The notes beneath the pieces are model-generated. The model saw only the letters and a program-made list of their open reading frames with translations. It did no database searches and had not been told where the DNA came from. The translations under genes and the position numbers were made by a program. Shown piece after piece: positions 54,684-64,000 of a stretch of 64,000 nucleotides of DNA. The DNA comes from Eubacteriales bacterium (lineage in GTDB: Bacteria; Bacillota; Clostridia; Oscillospirales; QAKW01), in contig JAZQJH010000036.1 of NCBI GenBank assembly GCA_045541555.1, forward strand, positions 44,650 through 108,649, in the 5' to 3' direction. The stretch's first letter is position 1. Every line of letters starts with the position of its first letter.

Positions 54684-55580
54684 TTGGCAAGAAAACGAAT
54701 AAAAAAAGATTATATTAAAAGCATCGGGATCATTATTTTTATTGCCGTCGGTATTGTTTCGGCCTTATATGCAAAGGAGGGACGCCTTTTTCCAAAACCT
54801 GATGAGGATTTTACGTCCGATTGTTATGTGGATTTTATTGATTGTGGTCAAGGCGACAGTACCTTGATGGTGTCGGATGGTGCAGTTGCGTTGGTTGATG
54901 CGACAACGGGAGATGAGGCTAAAAGTGTGATCGACCATTTGAAGCGGCGCGGCATTGAAAAAATTGATCATTTTTTCTTGACCCACCCTCATGAAGATCA
55001 TATCGGTGGCGCCCAAGAGATCTTGGAAACTTTTGATGTTAAAAATATTTATATGAGGCGACCTACTGCCGGCACAGAACCTACTACCTCAGTCTATCTA
55101 AATCTCCTGAAAACGATCAAAAAGCAAGGTAAAACCGTACACGCCGTTGAACCGGATGAGATGATCCAATGCGGTGATCTTAAAATCGAGATTTTGGGGC
55201 CGGTGGAGGATTATAAAGATTTAAATGATCAATCGATCGTATTACGGGCAGAATATGAAAAGATTTCTTTTTTGATTACCGGTGATCAGGAAATTCTAGC
55301 TGAGAAAGATCTTTTGTCTTATCATGGCACTGCTTTAAAGAGCACAGTTTTGAAGATGGGGCACCATGGAAGCAGCACCTCTTCCGGTGCAGCGTTTTTA
55401 AACGCGGTATCTCCGGACTTTGCTGTGATCTCTTGCGGAACGGATAATTCTTACGGGCACCCCCATAAGGAAACAATATCACGCCTGGAGGCGAGGGGGA
55501 TCGAGTATTACAGAACTGATCTGCAAGGAACCGTTACTTTTTATACAGATGGTTCAAATATAAAGGAGGAATTGACGTGA
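54684..55580 (+). CDS. ComEC/Rec2-type metallo-beta-lactamase fold hydrolase
   Basis: CGQGDS, THPHEDHIGG, TGD, KMGHHGS, NSYGHP; N-terminal TM helix. Confidence 0.9.
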   Translation: MARKRIKKDYIKSIGIIIFIAVGIVSALYAKEGRLFPKPDEDFTSDCYVDFIDCGQGDSTLMVSDGAVALVDATTGDEAKSVIDHLKRRGIEKIDHFFLTHPHEDHIGGAQEILETFDVKNIYMRRPTAGTEPTTSVYLNLLKTIKKQGKTVHAVEPDEMIQCGDLKIEILGPVEDYKDLNDQSIVLRAEYEKISFLITGDQEILAEKDLLSYHGTALKSTVLKMGHHGSSTSSGAAFLNAVSPDFAVISCGTDNSYGHPHKETISRLEARGIEYYRTDLQGTVTFYTDGSNIKEELT

Positions 55581-55792
55581 AACAATATGGTGTAGATCGC
55601 TTTGAAGAAAATGTATGCGTTTTGGTAGATGGGAATGGCGTGGCTGTTTCTATTGAGCGTATGCTCTTACCTGATGGTGTACAAGAGGGCGACATTCTTT
55701 CCTTTGATGGTTCTGCATATTATCTCCAAGTGGATGCTACAAGCGAAAAACGCGCCGAGGCAAAAAGTTTGATTGACGAACTTTTTAACTGA
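55577..55792 (+). CDS. DUF3006 family protein
   Basis: VDRFEE..CVL, LPDGVQEGDIL; usual neighbour of ComEC-like MBL genes. Confidence 0.85.
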   Translation: MKQYGVDRFEENVCVLVDGNGVAVSIERMLLPDGVQEGDILSFDGSAYYLQVDATSEKRAEAKSLIDELFN

Positions 55793-55865
55793 AAATATCG
55801 TATAATTCAGAAAAAACCTTCATATCCATATACAAAACGAGTATGGAAGTATGGAGGTTTTTTTG

Positions 55866-57344
55866 ATGACCAACACAAGTATTTATCAGGACATAGCTAC
55901 CCGCACCGGCGGCGATATTTATATTGGTGTCGTGGGGCCTGTGCGAACCGGAAAATCTACGTTTATCAAGAAATTCATGGAGAATTTAGTAATTCCAAAT
56001 ATCTCTAATGATTATAAACGTGAACGGGCAATTGATGAATTACCGCAATCGGCTGCGGGCAAGACCATCATGACGACGGAGCCGAAGTTCATTCCCGATG
56101 AAGCGGCAGAAATTGTGATGGAGGATCAAACAAGATTTAACGTCAGATTAATTGATTGCGTGGGTTATGTGGTCGATGGTGCAATGGGACAGACTGAAAA
56201 CGGCGAGGCGCGCATGGTTGAAACGCCGTGGAGTGATGAAAAAATGGAGTTTCAGCAAGCTGCTGAGATGGGGACGCGGAAGGTGATCTGCGAACATTCA
56301 ACCATTGGTCTGGTTATTACAACAGATGGTAGTATCGGCGAGATCTCCCGGGACGATTATGTCGAAGCAGAGCAACGAATTATCCGTGAACTGAAAGCGA
56401 TCGATAAACCTTTTGCAGTTCTGATCAATACGATGTTCCCGGAAAGCGACAGTGCACAAGAACTAAAAGAGCGTTTGATTCATGAGTATGATGTGCCTGT
56501 TATGACTGTAAATTGCCTGGAACTGGATCGGGAAAAAATCATTTCAATCATTCAGAACGTTTTATTGGAGTTTCCCATCAAAGAAATCATGGTGCATTTA
56601 CCCACTTGGGTGGGCGGTCTTGAAAAGGATCATTGGTTGAAGCGCGAGGTATACTCCAGTCTTTTGGAAAATGCTAAAAGCATTGATCGTGTACGCAGTG
56701 TCAAGAAAATGGCACTTGATCTTGGAAAGGAAGAACGTCTTTCGCGTTGCGAGATCGAGAGCGTCGATTTGGGCGAGGGAAGTGCAGATCTTAAGGTTGA
56801 ACTGAAGCCGGAGCTTTATTATAATATCATTAGTGAAGCCGCAGGGGTACGGATCGAAAATGACGGAGATCTGGTGGCAATGATCAAGGAACTTTCGAGC
56901 GCTACCAGAGAATACGAAAAGATGAAGGATGCCTTTGCAGAAGCACAATCCAAGGGATACGGAATTATCTTTCCTACTATGGAAGAGATGCATTTGAGTG
57001 AACCCCAGGTGTTCAAGCAAGGCGGTCGGTTTGGAGTAAAACTCTCGGCGGAAGCGCCTTCTTATCATATCATACAGGCGAATATCCGTACCGAAATTTC
57101 TCCTATTGTGGGTAGCGAAAAACAGTCGGAGGAATTGATTGATTATCTGCTAAGAGATTTTGAGGAAGATCCTTCTAAGATTTGGGAATCAAATATTTTT
57201 GGCAAGTCTGTGCATGATCTTGTGAACGAAGGTTTACATAATAAATTGTCCAGAATGCCGGATGATGCGCGGTTTAAGCTTCAGGAAACACTTTCCAGGA
57301 TTATTAATGAGGGAAGTGCCGGATTGATCTGTATAATCCTTTAA
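55866..57344 (+). CDS. spoIVA: Stage IV sporulation protein A
   Basis: IYQDIATRTGGDIYIGVVGPVRTGKSTFIK; C-terminal GLICIIL. Confidence 0.97.
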   Translation: MTNTSIYQDIATRTGGDIYIGVVGPVRTGKSTFIKKFMENLVIPNISNDYKRERAIDELPQSAAGKTIMTTEPKFIPDEAAEIVMEDQTRFNVRLIDCVGYVVDGAMGQTENGEARMVETPWSDEKMEFQQAAEMGTRKVICEHSTIGLVITTDGSIGEISRDDYVEAEQRIIRELKAIDKPFAVLINTMFPESDSAQELKERLIHEYDVPVMTVNCLELDREKIISIIQNVLLEFPIKEIMVHLPTWVGGLEKDHWLKREVYSSLLENAKSIDRVRSVKKMALDLGKEERLSRCEIESVDLGEGSADLKVELKPELYYNIISEAAGVRIENDGDLVAMIKELSSATREYEKMKDAFAEAQSKGYGIIFPTMEEMHLSEPQVFKQGGRFGVKLSAEAPSYHIIQANIRTEISPIVGSEKQSEELIDYLLRDFEEDPSKIWESNIFGKSVHDLVNEGLHNKLSRMPDDARFKLQETLSRIINEGSAGLICIIL

Positions 57345-57377
57345 AATATAGAGATACTTATCCATGAGGTGAGCCAA

Positions 57378-57533
57378 ATGAATAGTGAAGCACAAGCGTT
57401 TTTTGACACTTTGCCGAAGTGGCTCCGGGAAGATATTCTTCAGTCCGGTGTCAATTTTAGTACCAGAAACGAATTGGAAGAAATTGCACGCAATTTTTCG
57501 GCAGAGCGGAAAGAAAAGCCGGATCCCAAGTGA
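57378..57533 (+). CDS. Unannotated 51-aa protein
   Basis: RBS GAGGTGA; MNSEAQAFFDTLPKWLREDILQSGVNFSTRNELEEIARNFSAERKEKPDPK; terminator follows. Confidence 0.78.
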   Translation: MNSEAQAFFDTLPKWLREDILQSGVNFSTRNELEEIARNFSAERKEKPDPK

Positions 57534-57537
57534 TTTA

Positions 57538-57578
57538 TAATACCGGAGAGTCTCCTGACTCTCCGGTATTATTTTTTT
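57538..57578 (+). terminator. Terminator
   Basis: taataccggagagtc-tcct-gactctccggtatta followed by a T tract. Confidence 0.88.
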
Positions 57579-57605
57579 GACATTTGACTGCTTTTGTCGT
57601 ATAAT
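57577..57605 (+). promoter_or_regulatory. Consensus SigA promoter of comEC-holA-rnmV
   Basis: TTGACA-17 bp-TATAAT. Confidence 0.85.
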
Positions 57606-57626
57606 GAGCAATAGGGGGCGAGCGAT

Positions 57627-59921
57627 TTGTCAAAACGTTATTTAATGTGGACGTTGACCACTTTTGTGGTGACGCTTTTTCTATGCACGGTACTGTCCTT
57701 TAAAGTACTTGCAATTGCAGCATTAATAATTTTATTGACGCTCATCCCTGCGATTTTTTTTCGTTATTCTTGGAAGAAACTGGCCATTCCTTGCTTAATT
57801 GCATTTATTCTTTCGTTTGCTTACTATAGCTGGACTGATTATAGATTAAACACAATTCAAAATGGTTTGGTTGGGAGCAAGGTAAAAATCGCCGGTGAAA
57901 TTGTAGATGTTGGAGAAAATGCGGCAGGCAATCTTTGCCGATATACGGTGCGGTTATCTGACTTTGACGGAAAGAATGTTACATTCTACGATTCCTCCTA
58001 TGTTCAATTGTATCTTTCCAAAGGTGCGTTACATATGCCCGGCACTATGATTGAAGGCGGTGTCACATTTTTCGAAACACCGGTTAAATTTGGTGCTGGT
58101 CGCGAGGATCGTATTTTGCTGAATGGAACCTGCGAGATAGAGGAATTACTATTTACAAAGCCTTTAAGAAAGACCCTTTCTGCGATGCTTTTTGTATTTC
58201 GAAACGCAATGCAAAGCAACCTTTCTTTTGGGAGGGAGAAAACCATCGGTCTTTTACGCTCGGTTTGCTTTGGTGACAAGGATACCTTGGATTCTGGTTT
58301 GAATGTTTCTTTGCGTCGTTGCGGACTTACCCATGTGACGGCAGTAAGCGGTCTGCATCTTTCTTTTACGGTGTTGCTGTTCAATATGCTGATGATGTCG
58401 ATCGGACTTCATTATCGGGTGCGGTACGTCATAGATATTTTTATCTGTATTTTATTTACTGCTATGGTGGGATTTCCACTGTCCTGTATCCGAGCGTGTA
58501 TTATGATGGTATTGATGTGCATCGCATTGTCGGTGAACCTATTTGATGATGGTTTGACTTCGCTTTCTGTTGCGGCATTTTTAATTGTTCTTTTCAATCC
58601 CTACGCCATACGCGATGTGGGCTTTTTACTGAGTGTCACCGCAACTGCCGGAATTATCACGATGCGGCTCCCAATTGAACATTTTCTTTTTCCAAAGAAA
58701 ATCGGTACCAACTTCAGGGTCAATTGGCTCTATCGTAAGTTTACGGGTGCCTTTGCTTGCTCTGTTGCAGCCACACTGGCAACGCTACCGATCATGATCT
58801 TTGTATTCGGCTCTATCAGCTTGATCGGTCCTATTGCAAATGTTTTATTGATTTATCCGCTTCAATGGATTTTTATGATGGGTATTTTGATGGTCATGCT
58901 TGGATGGATCCCATTTCTTGGATCTGTCTTTGGATGGCTTTGCGATCTTCTTTACGTTGTTGTGGACGGAATGGCTGGTGTACTGGGGCGCTTTCCGTTT
59001 GCCAGTGTTTCTTCTTTCAATTTGATTGGCGTATTTATATTGACTCTCTTTTTGTGTGTTATCGGTATTGGTTTATATCACTATTTTGCCAAGAAACGGC
59101 GAAGTACATTAATCCTTTTGACATTGTTGCTTTGCTTGACATTTACCTTTCAATTTATCTATGAAAAGCTGCATCCGAATGATCATGTCGAGATCGCTTT
59201 TGTTGATGTGGGACAAGGGGATTGTACTGTGATTTCGCGTGGTCATTCTGCTGTCGTACTTGATTATGGCGGCACTTCGCAAAAACGCTATAATCTGATT
59301 GAATACTTGAAAAAGAAGAATATCTATGCTGTTGAACTTTTGGGGTTCACGCATTTGCATTCTGACCATGCCAATGGATTCAATACTTTGCTGAAGCATG
59401 TATATGTCAATGAAATTCTTTATCCTGAGATTGAGGAAACAAATCCTGAACTTTTGACAACAATTCGCTCTGAAAATGGAATTGAAATTACCCGTAATCT
59501 TTCAAAGAAGGTTTTGGGGGAGGTCGAAGTATCGGTTTTTGCAGACACATTATCAAATGAAGCAACTAAGATCGGCAATGAATGTTGTGTTTGTTATCGC
59601 GTTACCATTGGCGAAACCGTTGTGCTGGTAACCGGTGATTTGAGTGGTGAGGCGGAGTTACTGCTGAAGGATCAAATTGGAGACACAACAATTTTGAAAG
59701 TTTCTCATCACGGGAGTGATACCTCGTCATTATATCCGTTTATCAAGATAGTTTCGCCGGAAATTTCGGTAATATCTGTGGGTGAAAATCCCTATGGTTT
59801 ACCGAAGAATTCCGTGGTTGAACGATTAAAAACAGTTTCTTCTGCAGTTTATCAAACCGCGGAAGAAGGAACCATTATTTTTAGGACGGATGGAAAACAT
59901 TTGGAAAGGATCTTTAAATGA
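57627..59921 (+). CDS. comEC: ComEC/Rec2 competence protein
   Basis: THVTAVSGLH, GFLLSVTAT, VGQGDC, THLHSDH, KVSHHGS. Confidence 0.9.
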   Translation: MSKRYLMWTLTTFVVTLFLCTVLSFKVLAIAALIILLTLIPAIFFRYSWKKLAIPCLIAFILSFAYYSWTDYRLNTIQNGLVGSKVKIAGEIVDVGENAAGNLCRYTVRLSDFDGKNVTFYDSSYVQLYLSKGALHMPGTMIEGGVTFFETPVKFGAGREDRILLNGTCEIEELLFTKPLRKTLSAMLFVFRNAMQSNLSFGREKTIGLLRSVCFGDKDTLDSGLNVSLRRCGLTHVTAVSGLHLSFTVLLFNMLMMSIGLHYRVRYVIDIFICILFTAMVGFPLSCIRACIMMVLMCIALSVNLFDDGLTSLSVAAFLIVLFNPYAIRDVGFLLSVTATAGIITMRLPIEHFLFPKKIGTNFRVNWLYRKFTGAFACSVAATLATLPIMIFVFGSISLIGPIANVLLIYPLQWIFMMGILMVMLGWIPFLGSVFGWLCDLLYVVVDGMAGVLGRFPFASVSSFNLIGVFILTLFLCVIGIGLYHYFAKKRRSTLILLTLLLCLTFTFQFIYEKLHPNDHVEIAFVDVGQGDCTVISRGHSAVVLDYGGTSQKRYNLIEYLKKKNIYAVELLGFTHLHSDHANGFNTLLKHVYVNEILYPEIEETNPELLTTIRSENGIEITRNLSKKVLGEVEVSVFADTLSNEATKIGNECCVCYRVTIGETVVLVTGDLSGEAELLLKDQIGDTTILKVSHHGSDTSSLYPFIKIVSPEISVISVGENPYGLPKNSVVERLKTVSSAVYQTAEEGTIIFRTDGKHLERIFK

Positions 59922-60937
59922 AGATTGAAGTATTAAAAAAACAATTACAGGATGCGAATCTTTCGTCTTTATATTACCTTTTCGGCGATGAACAGTTTTT
60001 GCTGGATCATTATTATAAGAAATTCAAAGAATGCTGTTCTGGAGTTTTGCCGGAACTGAATCTGATTGAACTGGATGGGAAAAAGATTGATTTTGATTAT
60101 CTCGCTGATGCCTGCACATCTTATCCGGTCATGGCTGAGAAAAAGCTGGTTGCTGTAATTGATCTGGAACCGGGCTCGGCAAAGGGTGGCAATGAAAAAA
60201 AGCTTACGGCAGCTTTGGCGGATATAGCACCCGGTGTTACGGTCTTATTTTGGGAGCATGCAAAGGAAAAATCAAAATCGAATAGTTTAGAAAGCCTGAT
60301 CAAACAATTGGGCGGAGAAGCGATTCGTGCCGATCGTCCGAAACCCGAAGCAATGATTCCTTGGATTCAGGGAATCGCCAAACGCGGCGGCGTATTGATC
60401 GACAGTAAGGATTGCGCTTATCTTGCGGAATTGACCGGTAATTCTATGCTGCGCATTAATAATGAGCTTCAGAAGATGATTGCTTACTTGGGTGGCGGAG
60501 AAATCGATCGTGCTCTTATTGATAAAATGGTAGCGCCTGAAGAAAACTCTTCCTGGTTTGGGATCTCAAATGCAATCTCCGAGCATGATTTCGATCTTTT
60601 GATGCAAGCGATACAATCACTATATCAGCAAAATGTGGATGAAACGGTGATTGCAGGCATGTTTTATCGCGCTTATATTGATCTTTGGAGAGGAGAGACT
60701 GCGCTCAAAGAAGGGAAATCCTCTGCAGAATTGGCGTCCGTTTGTGGTATCAGCCCCTATGCGGCGGCCCGAATTATGCGAAGTGCGGTAAAATTAGGAG
60801 AAGGGGAAGCGTTGGACGGTTTGCGCCGTTGCCGTGAATTGGATGCAAAGCTTAAAACTTCCGGGCTTAATAAAAAGGATTTGATTTACAGTTTTGCTGC
60901 AGGCCTTTTGGCGTTTCAAATGAAAGATCATGAATAA
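59918..60937 (+). CDS. holA: DNA polymerase III delta subunit
   Basis: LYYLFGDEQFL, YPVMAEKKLV, NELQKM; follows comEC. Confidence 0.87.
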   Translation: MKIEVLKKQLQDANLSSLYYLFGDEQFLLDHYYKKFKECCSGVLPELNLIELDGKKIDFDYLADACTSYPVMAEKKLVAVIDLEPGSAKGGNEKKLTAALADIAPGVTVLFWEHAKEKSKSNSLESLIKQLGGEAIRADRPKPEAMIPWIQGIAKRGGVLIDSKDCAYLAELTGNSMLRINNELQKMIAYLGGGEIDRALIDKMVAPEENSSWFGISNAISEHDFDLLMQAIQSLYQQNVDETVIAGMFYRAYIDLWRGETALKEGKSSAELASVCGISPYAAARIMRSAVKLGEGEALDGLRRCRELDAKLKTSGLNKKDLIYSFAAGLLAFQMKDHE

Positions 60938-61502
60938 GATTTCGATCAGCCAAATTGTGATCGTTGAAGGTAAGTATGATAAGATCACGTTGGATAATAT
61001 TATTGATGCGACTATCATCCCGTGTGACGGCTTTGGCATTTATAAAAATGAAGAGCAGAAAAAGTCCTTGCGAGAGATGGCGAAAAAGTATGGGGCAATA
61101 ATTCTGACTGATTCTGATCGTGCCGGCGGAAGGATTCGCTCTTTTTTGCAGACTATTTTGCAAGGGGCTGAGATTTATCTGCTGTATATCCCGGCGATTG
61201 AGGGCAAGGAGAAGAGAAAGTCTGTATCATCAAAAGAAGGATATTTGGGTGTTGAGGGAATGGATTCCAAAACGCTTTATAAACTTTTTGAAGAATTTCG
61301 TGCAGAACCTATCGCCTCAGCTATTCAAACCGGAGACTTATTTGCGCTGGGTTTTTCAGGCGTGCCGGGGGCTGCAGAGCGAAAAAAGCATCTTATTCGC
61401 CGCTTAAACCTACCGCCGAACATTTCGCAAAAAGGCTTGCTGAGGGAATTGAACCGCCGCTTTGATCCAGAAACTTTCAAAAAGTTTCTGGAAGAAACAT
61501 AA
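60930..61502 (+). CDS. rnmV: Ribonuclease M5-like Toprim protein
   Basis: IVIVEGKYD, IILTDSDRAG..IR, GVEG. Confidence 0.8.
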   Translation: MNKISISQIVIVEGKYDKITLDNIIDATIIPCDGFGIYKNEEQKKSLREMAKKYGAIILTDSDRAGGRIRSFLQTILQGAEIYLLYIPAIEGKEKRKSVSSKEGYLGVEGMDSKTLYKLFEEFRAEPIASAIQTGDLFALGFSGVPGAAERKKHLIRRLNLPPNISQKGLLRELNRRFDPETFKKFLEET

Positions 61503-61532
61503 AAAAGGTACCTCGTTTGAGGTACCTTTTTT
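61501..61532. terminator. Bidirectional terminator
   Basis: aaaaaaggtacctc-gttt-gaggtacctttttt. Confidence 0.9.
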
Positions 61533-61545
61533 ATGTTAATTTTAA

Positions 61546-61788
61546 TTAGTCACTGACGTAGGGGAGCAGAGCGATGACACGAGCGCGCTTGATGGCGCTG
61601 GTCAACTGACGCTGATGCTTCGCACAGGTGCCGGTTACGCGGCGGGGAAGGATCTTTGCACGCTCAGAAATGAACTTTCTCAGCTTGGCGGTATCCTTAT
61701 AGTCGATTTCAGTAACTTTATCCACGCAGAATGCGCAAACTTTACGTCTGGGCTTTCTGTTGGGTCTGTAATTCTTTTCTCTTTCCAC
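61546..61788 (-). CDS. rpsR: 30S ribosomal protein S18
   Basis: [24 protein letters not shown]. Confidence 0.97.
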   Translation of the reverse strand: MEREKNYRPNRKPRRKVCAFCVDKVTEIDYKDTAKLRKFISERAKILPRRVTGTCAKHQRQLTSAIKRARVIALLPYVSD

Positions 61789-61809
61789 AGCTAAATCCTC
61801 CTTTTCAGA

Positions 61810-62232
61810 TTAGAAGGGCAATTCGTCATCTTGAACTTCTTCGAATTCAACGGTATTGCCACCGGTAACCGGGGGAGCCTTGAATTCGGGAGCTACAGGA
61901 CGAGAAGAGTCCTTTTTGGATTCTACAAAGTGAGCCTCGTCGGCAACAACCTCGAAGGCGGTTCTCTTTGCGCCGGTCTTATCCTCATAGTTACGAGACT
62001 GCAGAGAGCCTACCAAAGCGATCAGATTTCCCTTTTCAAAAAACTTGCAGATGAAATCAGCAGTATTTCTCCAGGCAACGCAGTTAATAAAATCAGTGGG
62101 ATAATTGCCGTCCGGACCTTTATACTGACGCTGAACAGCGACAGAAAAAGAAGTGACCGAAACATCGGAGGAGGTCTTTCTCAACTCCGGTGTGGCGGTC
62201 AAACGACCGGTCAAAATAACTTTGTTTAACAT
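61810..62232 (-). CDS. ssb: Single-stranded DNA-binding protein
   Basis: NKVILTGRLT, DFINCVAW, C-terminal DDELPF. Confidence 0.96.
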   Translation of the reverse strand: MLNKVILTGRLTATPELRKTSSDVSVTSFSVAVQRQYKGPDGNYPTDFINCVAWRNTADFICKFFEKGNLIALVGSLQSRNYEDKTGAKRTAFEVVADEAHFVESKKDSSRPVAPEFKAPPVTGGNTVEFEEVQDDELPF

Positions 62233-62247
62233 AGCAGAATCCTTTCC

Positions 62248-62544
62248 TTACTTTTCTTCTTTGTTCACGACGATGGAACGCAGAATGCCGTCAGTAATGC
62301 CGTAAATTCTTTCGAGCTCGGCGGGGAAGGTAACGGGTGCTTCAAAGTTGATCAGCACATAGTGACCTTCGTTGACGAAATCGATCGGATAGGCAAGCTT
62401 CTTGACGCCCCAGTCTTCGACAGATTCAACATTACCGTGCTTTGCGATCAGTTCTTTGAACTTCTCGACAAGTGCGGTGTGATCCTCCTCTGTCAAATTA
62501 GGCCGGGTGATGAAAATAGTTTCATACTTGCGATTTTCAGCCAT
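62248..62544 (-). CDS. rpsF: 30S ribosomal protein S6
   Basis: KYETIFI, WGVKKLAYPI; rpsF-ssb-rpsR order. Confidence 0.96.
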   Translation of the reverse strand: MAENRKYETIFITRPNLTEEDHTALVEKFKELIAKHGNVESVEDWGVKKLAYPIDFVNEGHYVLINFEAPVTFPAELERIYGITDGILRSIVVNKEEK

Positions 62545-62552
62545 GATTTACA

Positions 62553-62596
62553 CCTCCTTATGGACATTTGGCTCATTTATCCAATGAGCAAGGACT
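62553..62596 (-). ncRNA. rpsF leader (S6:S18-binding RNA element)
   Basis: Minus strand GTCCTT-GCTCATT-ggata-AATGAGC-caaatgtCCAT-AAGGAG; CCTT pairs with the SD; CCA in the internal loop. Confidence 0.7.
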
Positions 62597-62601
62597 TTAA
62601 T

Positions 62602-62629
62602 ATTATACTATAATTTATTAAAATGTCAA
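62602..62629 (-). promoter_or_regulatory. SigA promoter of rpsF
   Basis: TTGACA-16 bp-TATAAT on the minus strand. Confidence 0.75.
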
Positions 62630-62798
62630 GACCTATTATTAAAATTATAATGTTTAATAGTATTGATTTTTTGTTCATTATATGTTAATATATCACTACA
62701 ATGTGATGCGATTTTATCCTGGTGTTTTGCGTTTTTTGTTTTGATTTATTGCTTAACAAGCGACGATTAATTTTGGTGGATTTGAGGTAAAAACGTTT

Positions 62799-64000
62799 AT
62801 GAAAACTTTATTTTCAAAGGGAAAACGACTTCGGATTATGTTTATACTGGCAATATTGGATGCGCTTTTTATTGCCGGGTCATTTTTTTGCGCCATTTGG
62901 TTGCGGTTTGATTTTAAATTCTCTGAAATTCCCGAACCCTTTGTGGACACCTTTGTTAAAACCATAGGTGTCTGGATTATAATATCTTGGGTTGTGTTCG
63001 GCTTTTTAAGACTCTACAACAATATCTTGAGCTTTGTTGGGCAAGAGGATCTGTTTAGAATCGTAATAGCATATATAATCTTAGCAGGAATTGGTCTTGT
63101 CTTTATTTCTGCTCTGCGATTGAATATGCCGCGGTCTTATTATGTTCTCGGATGGATATTCAGCTTTGTCTCTACGGTTGTTATTCGTTTTGGTAAAAGA
63201 ATACTATTTGTTATTATCAATTTGTTCTCCAAGCATCACGCAGACTCCGATAAGACCGAGCGCATTATGATTATCGGTGCAGGCTTTGCCGGACGAATGA
63301 TCTTGCGTGAATATTTGGAAAGCGAAAAACTGAACGGTCGCGTTGTATGCTTCATTGATGATAATCCCCAGAAAAAGGGATGCCGCTTAGAGGGTGTACC
63401 CATTGTAGGCGATCGGGAGTGCATTGTTCGCGCAGCGGATGATTATATGGTTGATAAGATCATCTTTGCAATCCCAAGCTGCACCGGTGATATACGTAAG
63501 CGTATTCTGGATGCTTGCTTTGAAACCGGTTGCAAAGTAGAGGTTGTCCCCGGTATTTATCAGCTGGTAAACGGTCAGGTGTCTGCAAGCAAGTTGAGAA
63601 AAGTCCAGATCCAAGATCTATTGGGACGTGATCCGGTCGTTGTAAATTTGGATGAAATCTATAGATACATTTCCGGAAAAGTGGTTATGGTTACCGGTGG
63701 CGGTGGTTCTATCGGTAGCGAACTGTGCCGTCAGATTGCGCTTAGCTCTCCTAAGAAACTGATCATATTTGACATATATGAGAATAATGCATATGATATT
63801 CAAATGGAGTTACAACGTAAATATCCGCATCTCAAATTGGAAGTATTGATCGGTTCTGTACGTAACACATCGCGCCTGAATTGGGTGATGGAGAAGTATA
63901 AGCCTGAAATCGTCTTTCATGCGGCTGCGCACAAGCACGTTCCTTTGATGGAAGATAGCCCAAATGAGGCGATCAAAAACAATGTATTCGGTACTTATAA
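62799..64000 (+). CDS. Polysaccharide biosynthesis nucleotide-sugar dehydratase (CapD/PglF family), 3'-truncated
   Basis: Absent from the ORF track; ATG after GAGGT; N-terminal TM helices, IIGAGFAG, VTGGGGSIGSEL, FHAAAHKHVPLME. Confidence 0.9.
   Translation, partial: MKTLFSKGKRLRIMFILAILDALFIAGSFFCAIWLRFDFKFSEIPEPFVDTFVKTIGVWIIISWVVFGFLRLYNNILSFVGQEDLFRIVIAYIILAGIGLVFISALRLNMPRSYYVLGWIFSFVSTVVIRFGKRILFVIINLFSKHHADSDKTERIMIIGAGFAGRMILREYLESEKLNGRVVCFIDDNPQKKGCRLEGVPIVGDRECIVRAADDYMVDKIIFAIPSCTGDIRKRILDACFETGCKVEVVPGIYQLVNGQVSASKLRKVQIQDLLGRDPVVVNLDEIYRYISGKVVMVTGGGGSIGSELCRQIALSSPKKLIIFDIYENNAYDIQMELQRKYPHLKLEVLIGSVRNTSRLNWVMEKYKPEIVFHAAAHKHVPLMEDSPNEAIKNNVFGTY

Noticed and set aside
62753-63803. 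Short minus-strand ORFs at the window end
   Set aside because: They are antisense to the truncated capD/pglF-like CDS that the ORF track omitted
1-64000. CRISPR arrays, IS elements, prophage or defence genes, tandem repeat arrays
   Set aside because: No regularly spaced repeats, transposase, integrase, phage or restriction-type genes seen; all strong palindromes sit at gene ends as terminators

Overview
Ordinary chromosomal DNA from a spore-forming Clostridia genome (Oscillospirales-like, inferred from gene content). I saw no mobile element, prophage or CRISPR array. In order: a truncated FkbM methyltransferase; an AraC/phosphohexomutase/2x TIM-barrel/2x Gfo-Idh-MocA sugar locus; a membrane pyrophosphatase; pncB; an 8-gene, ATPase-less carbohydrate import operon (1021-aa binding protein, 4 permeases, NHL/TPR, Yip1 and DUF5696-like proteins); two catalytically degenerate P-type-ATPase-like genes flanking rlmB; an EF-G paralog; msmX-cdaR-ftsEX-M23-S41; eno-ldh back-to-back with spoIIIAA-AH; secDF; rarA-nth; transketolase; tRNA-Gly(CCC); a ClpP homolog lacking its catalytic triad; spoIVA; comEC-holA-rnmV; rpsF-ssb-rpsR; and the start of a capD/pglF-like gene. 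Best leads: (1) a shared TTGT-N9-ACAA palindrome upstream of the import operon, the distant msmX ATPase and the CdaR/PucR regulator, suggesting one regulon that builds an unusual multi-subunit glycan importer; (2) a tandem pair of pseudo-P-type ATPases; (3) a triad-less ClpP; (4) an eno-ldh operon that looks forespore-specific; (5) three unannotated small proteins behind sporulation-sigma-like promoters. All family calls are by manual motif recognition; no database search was run.
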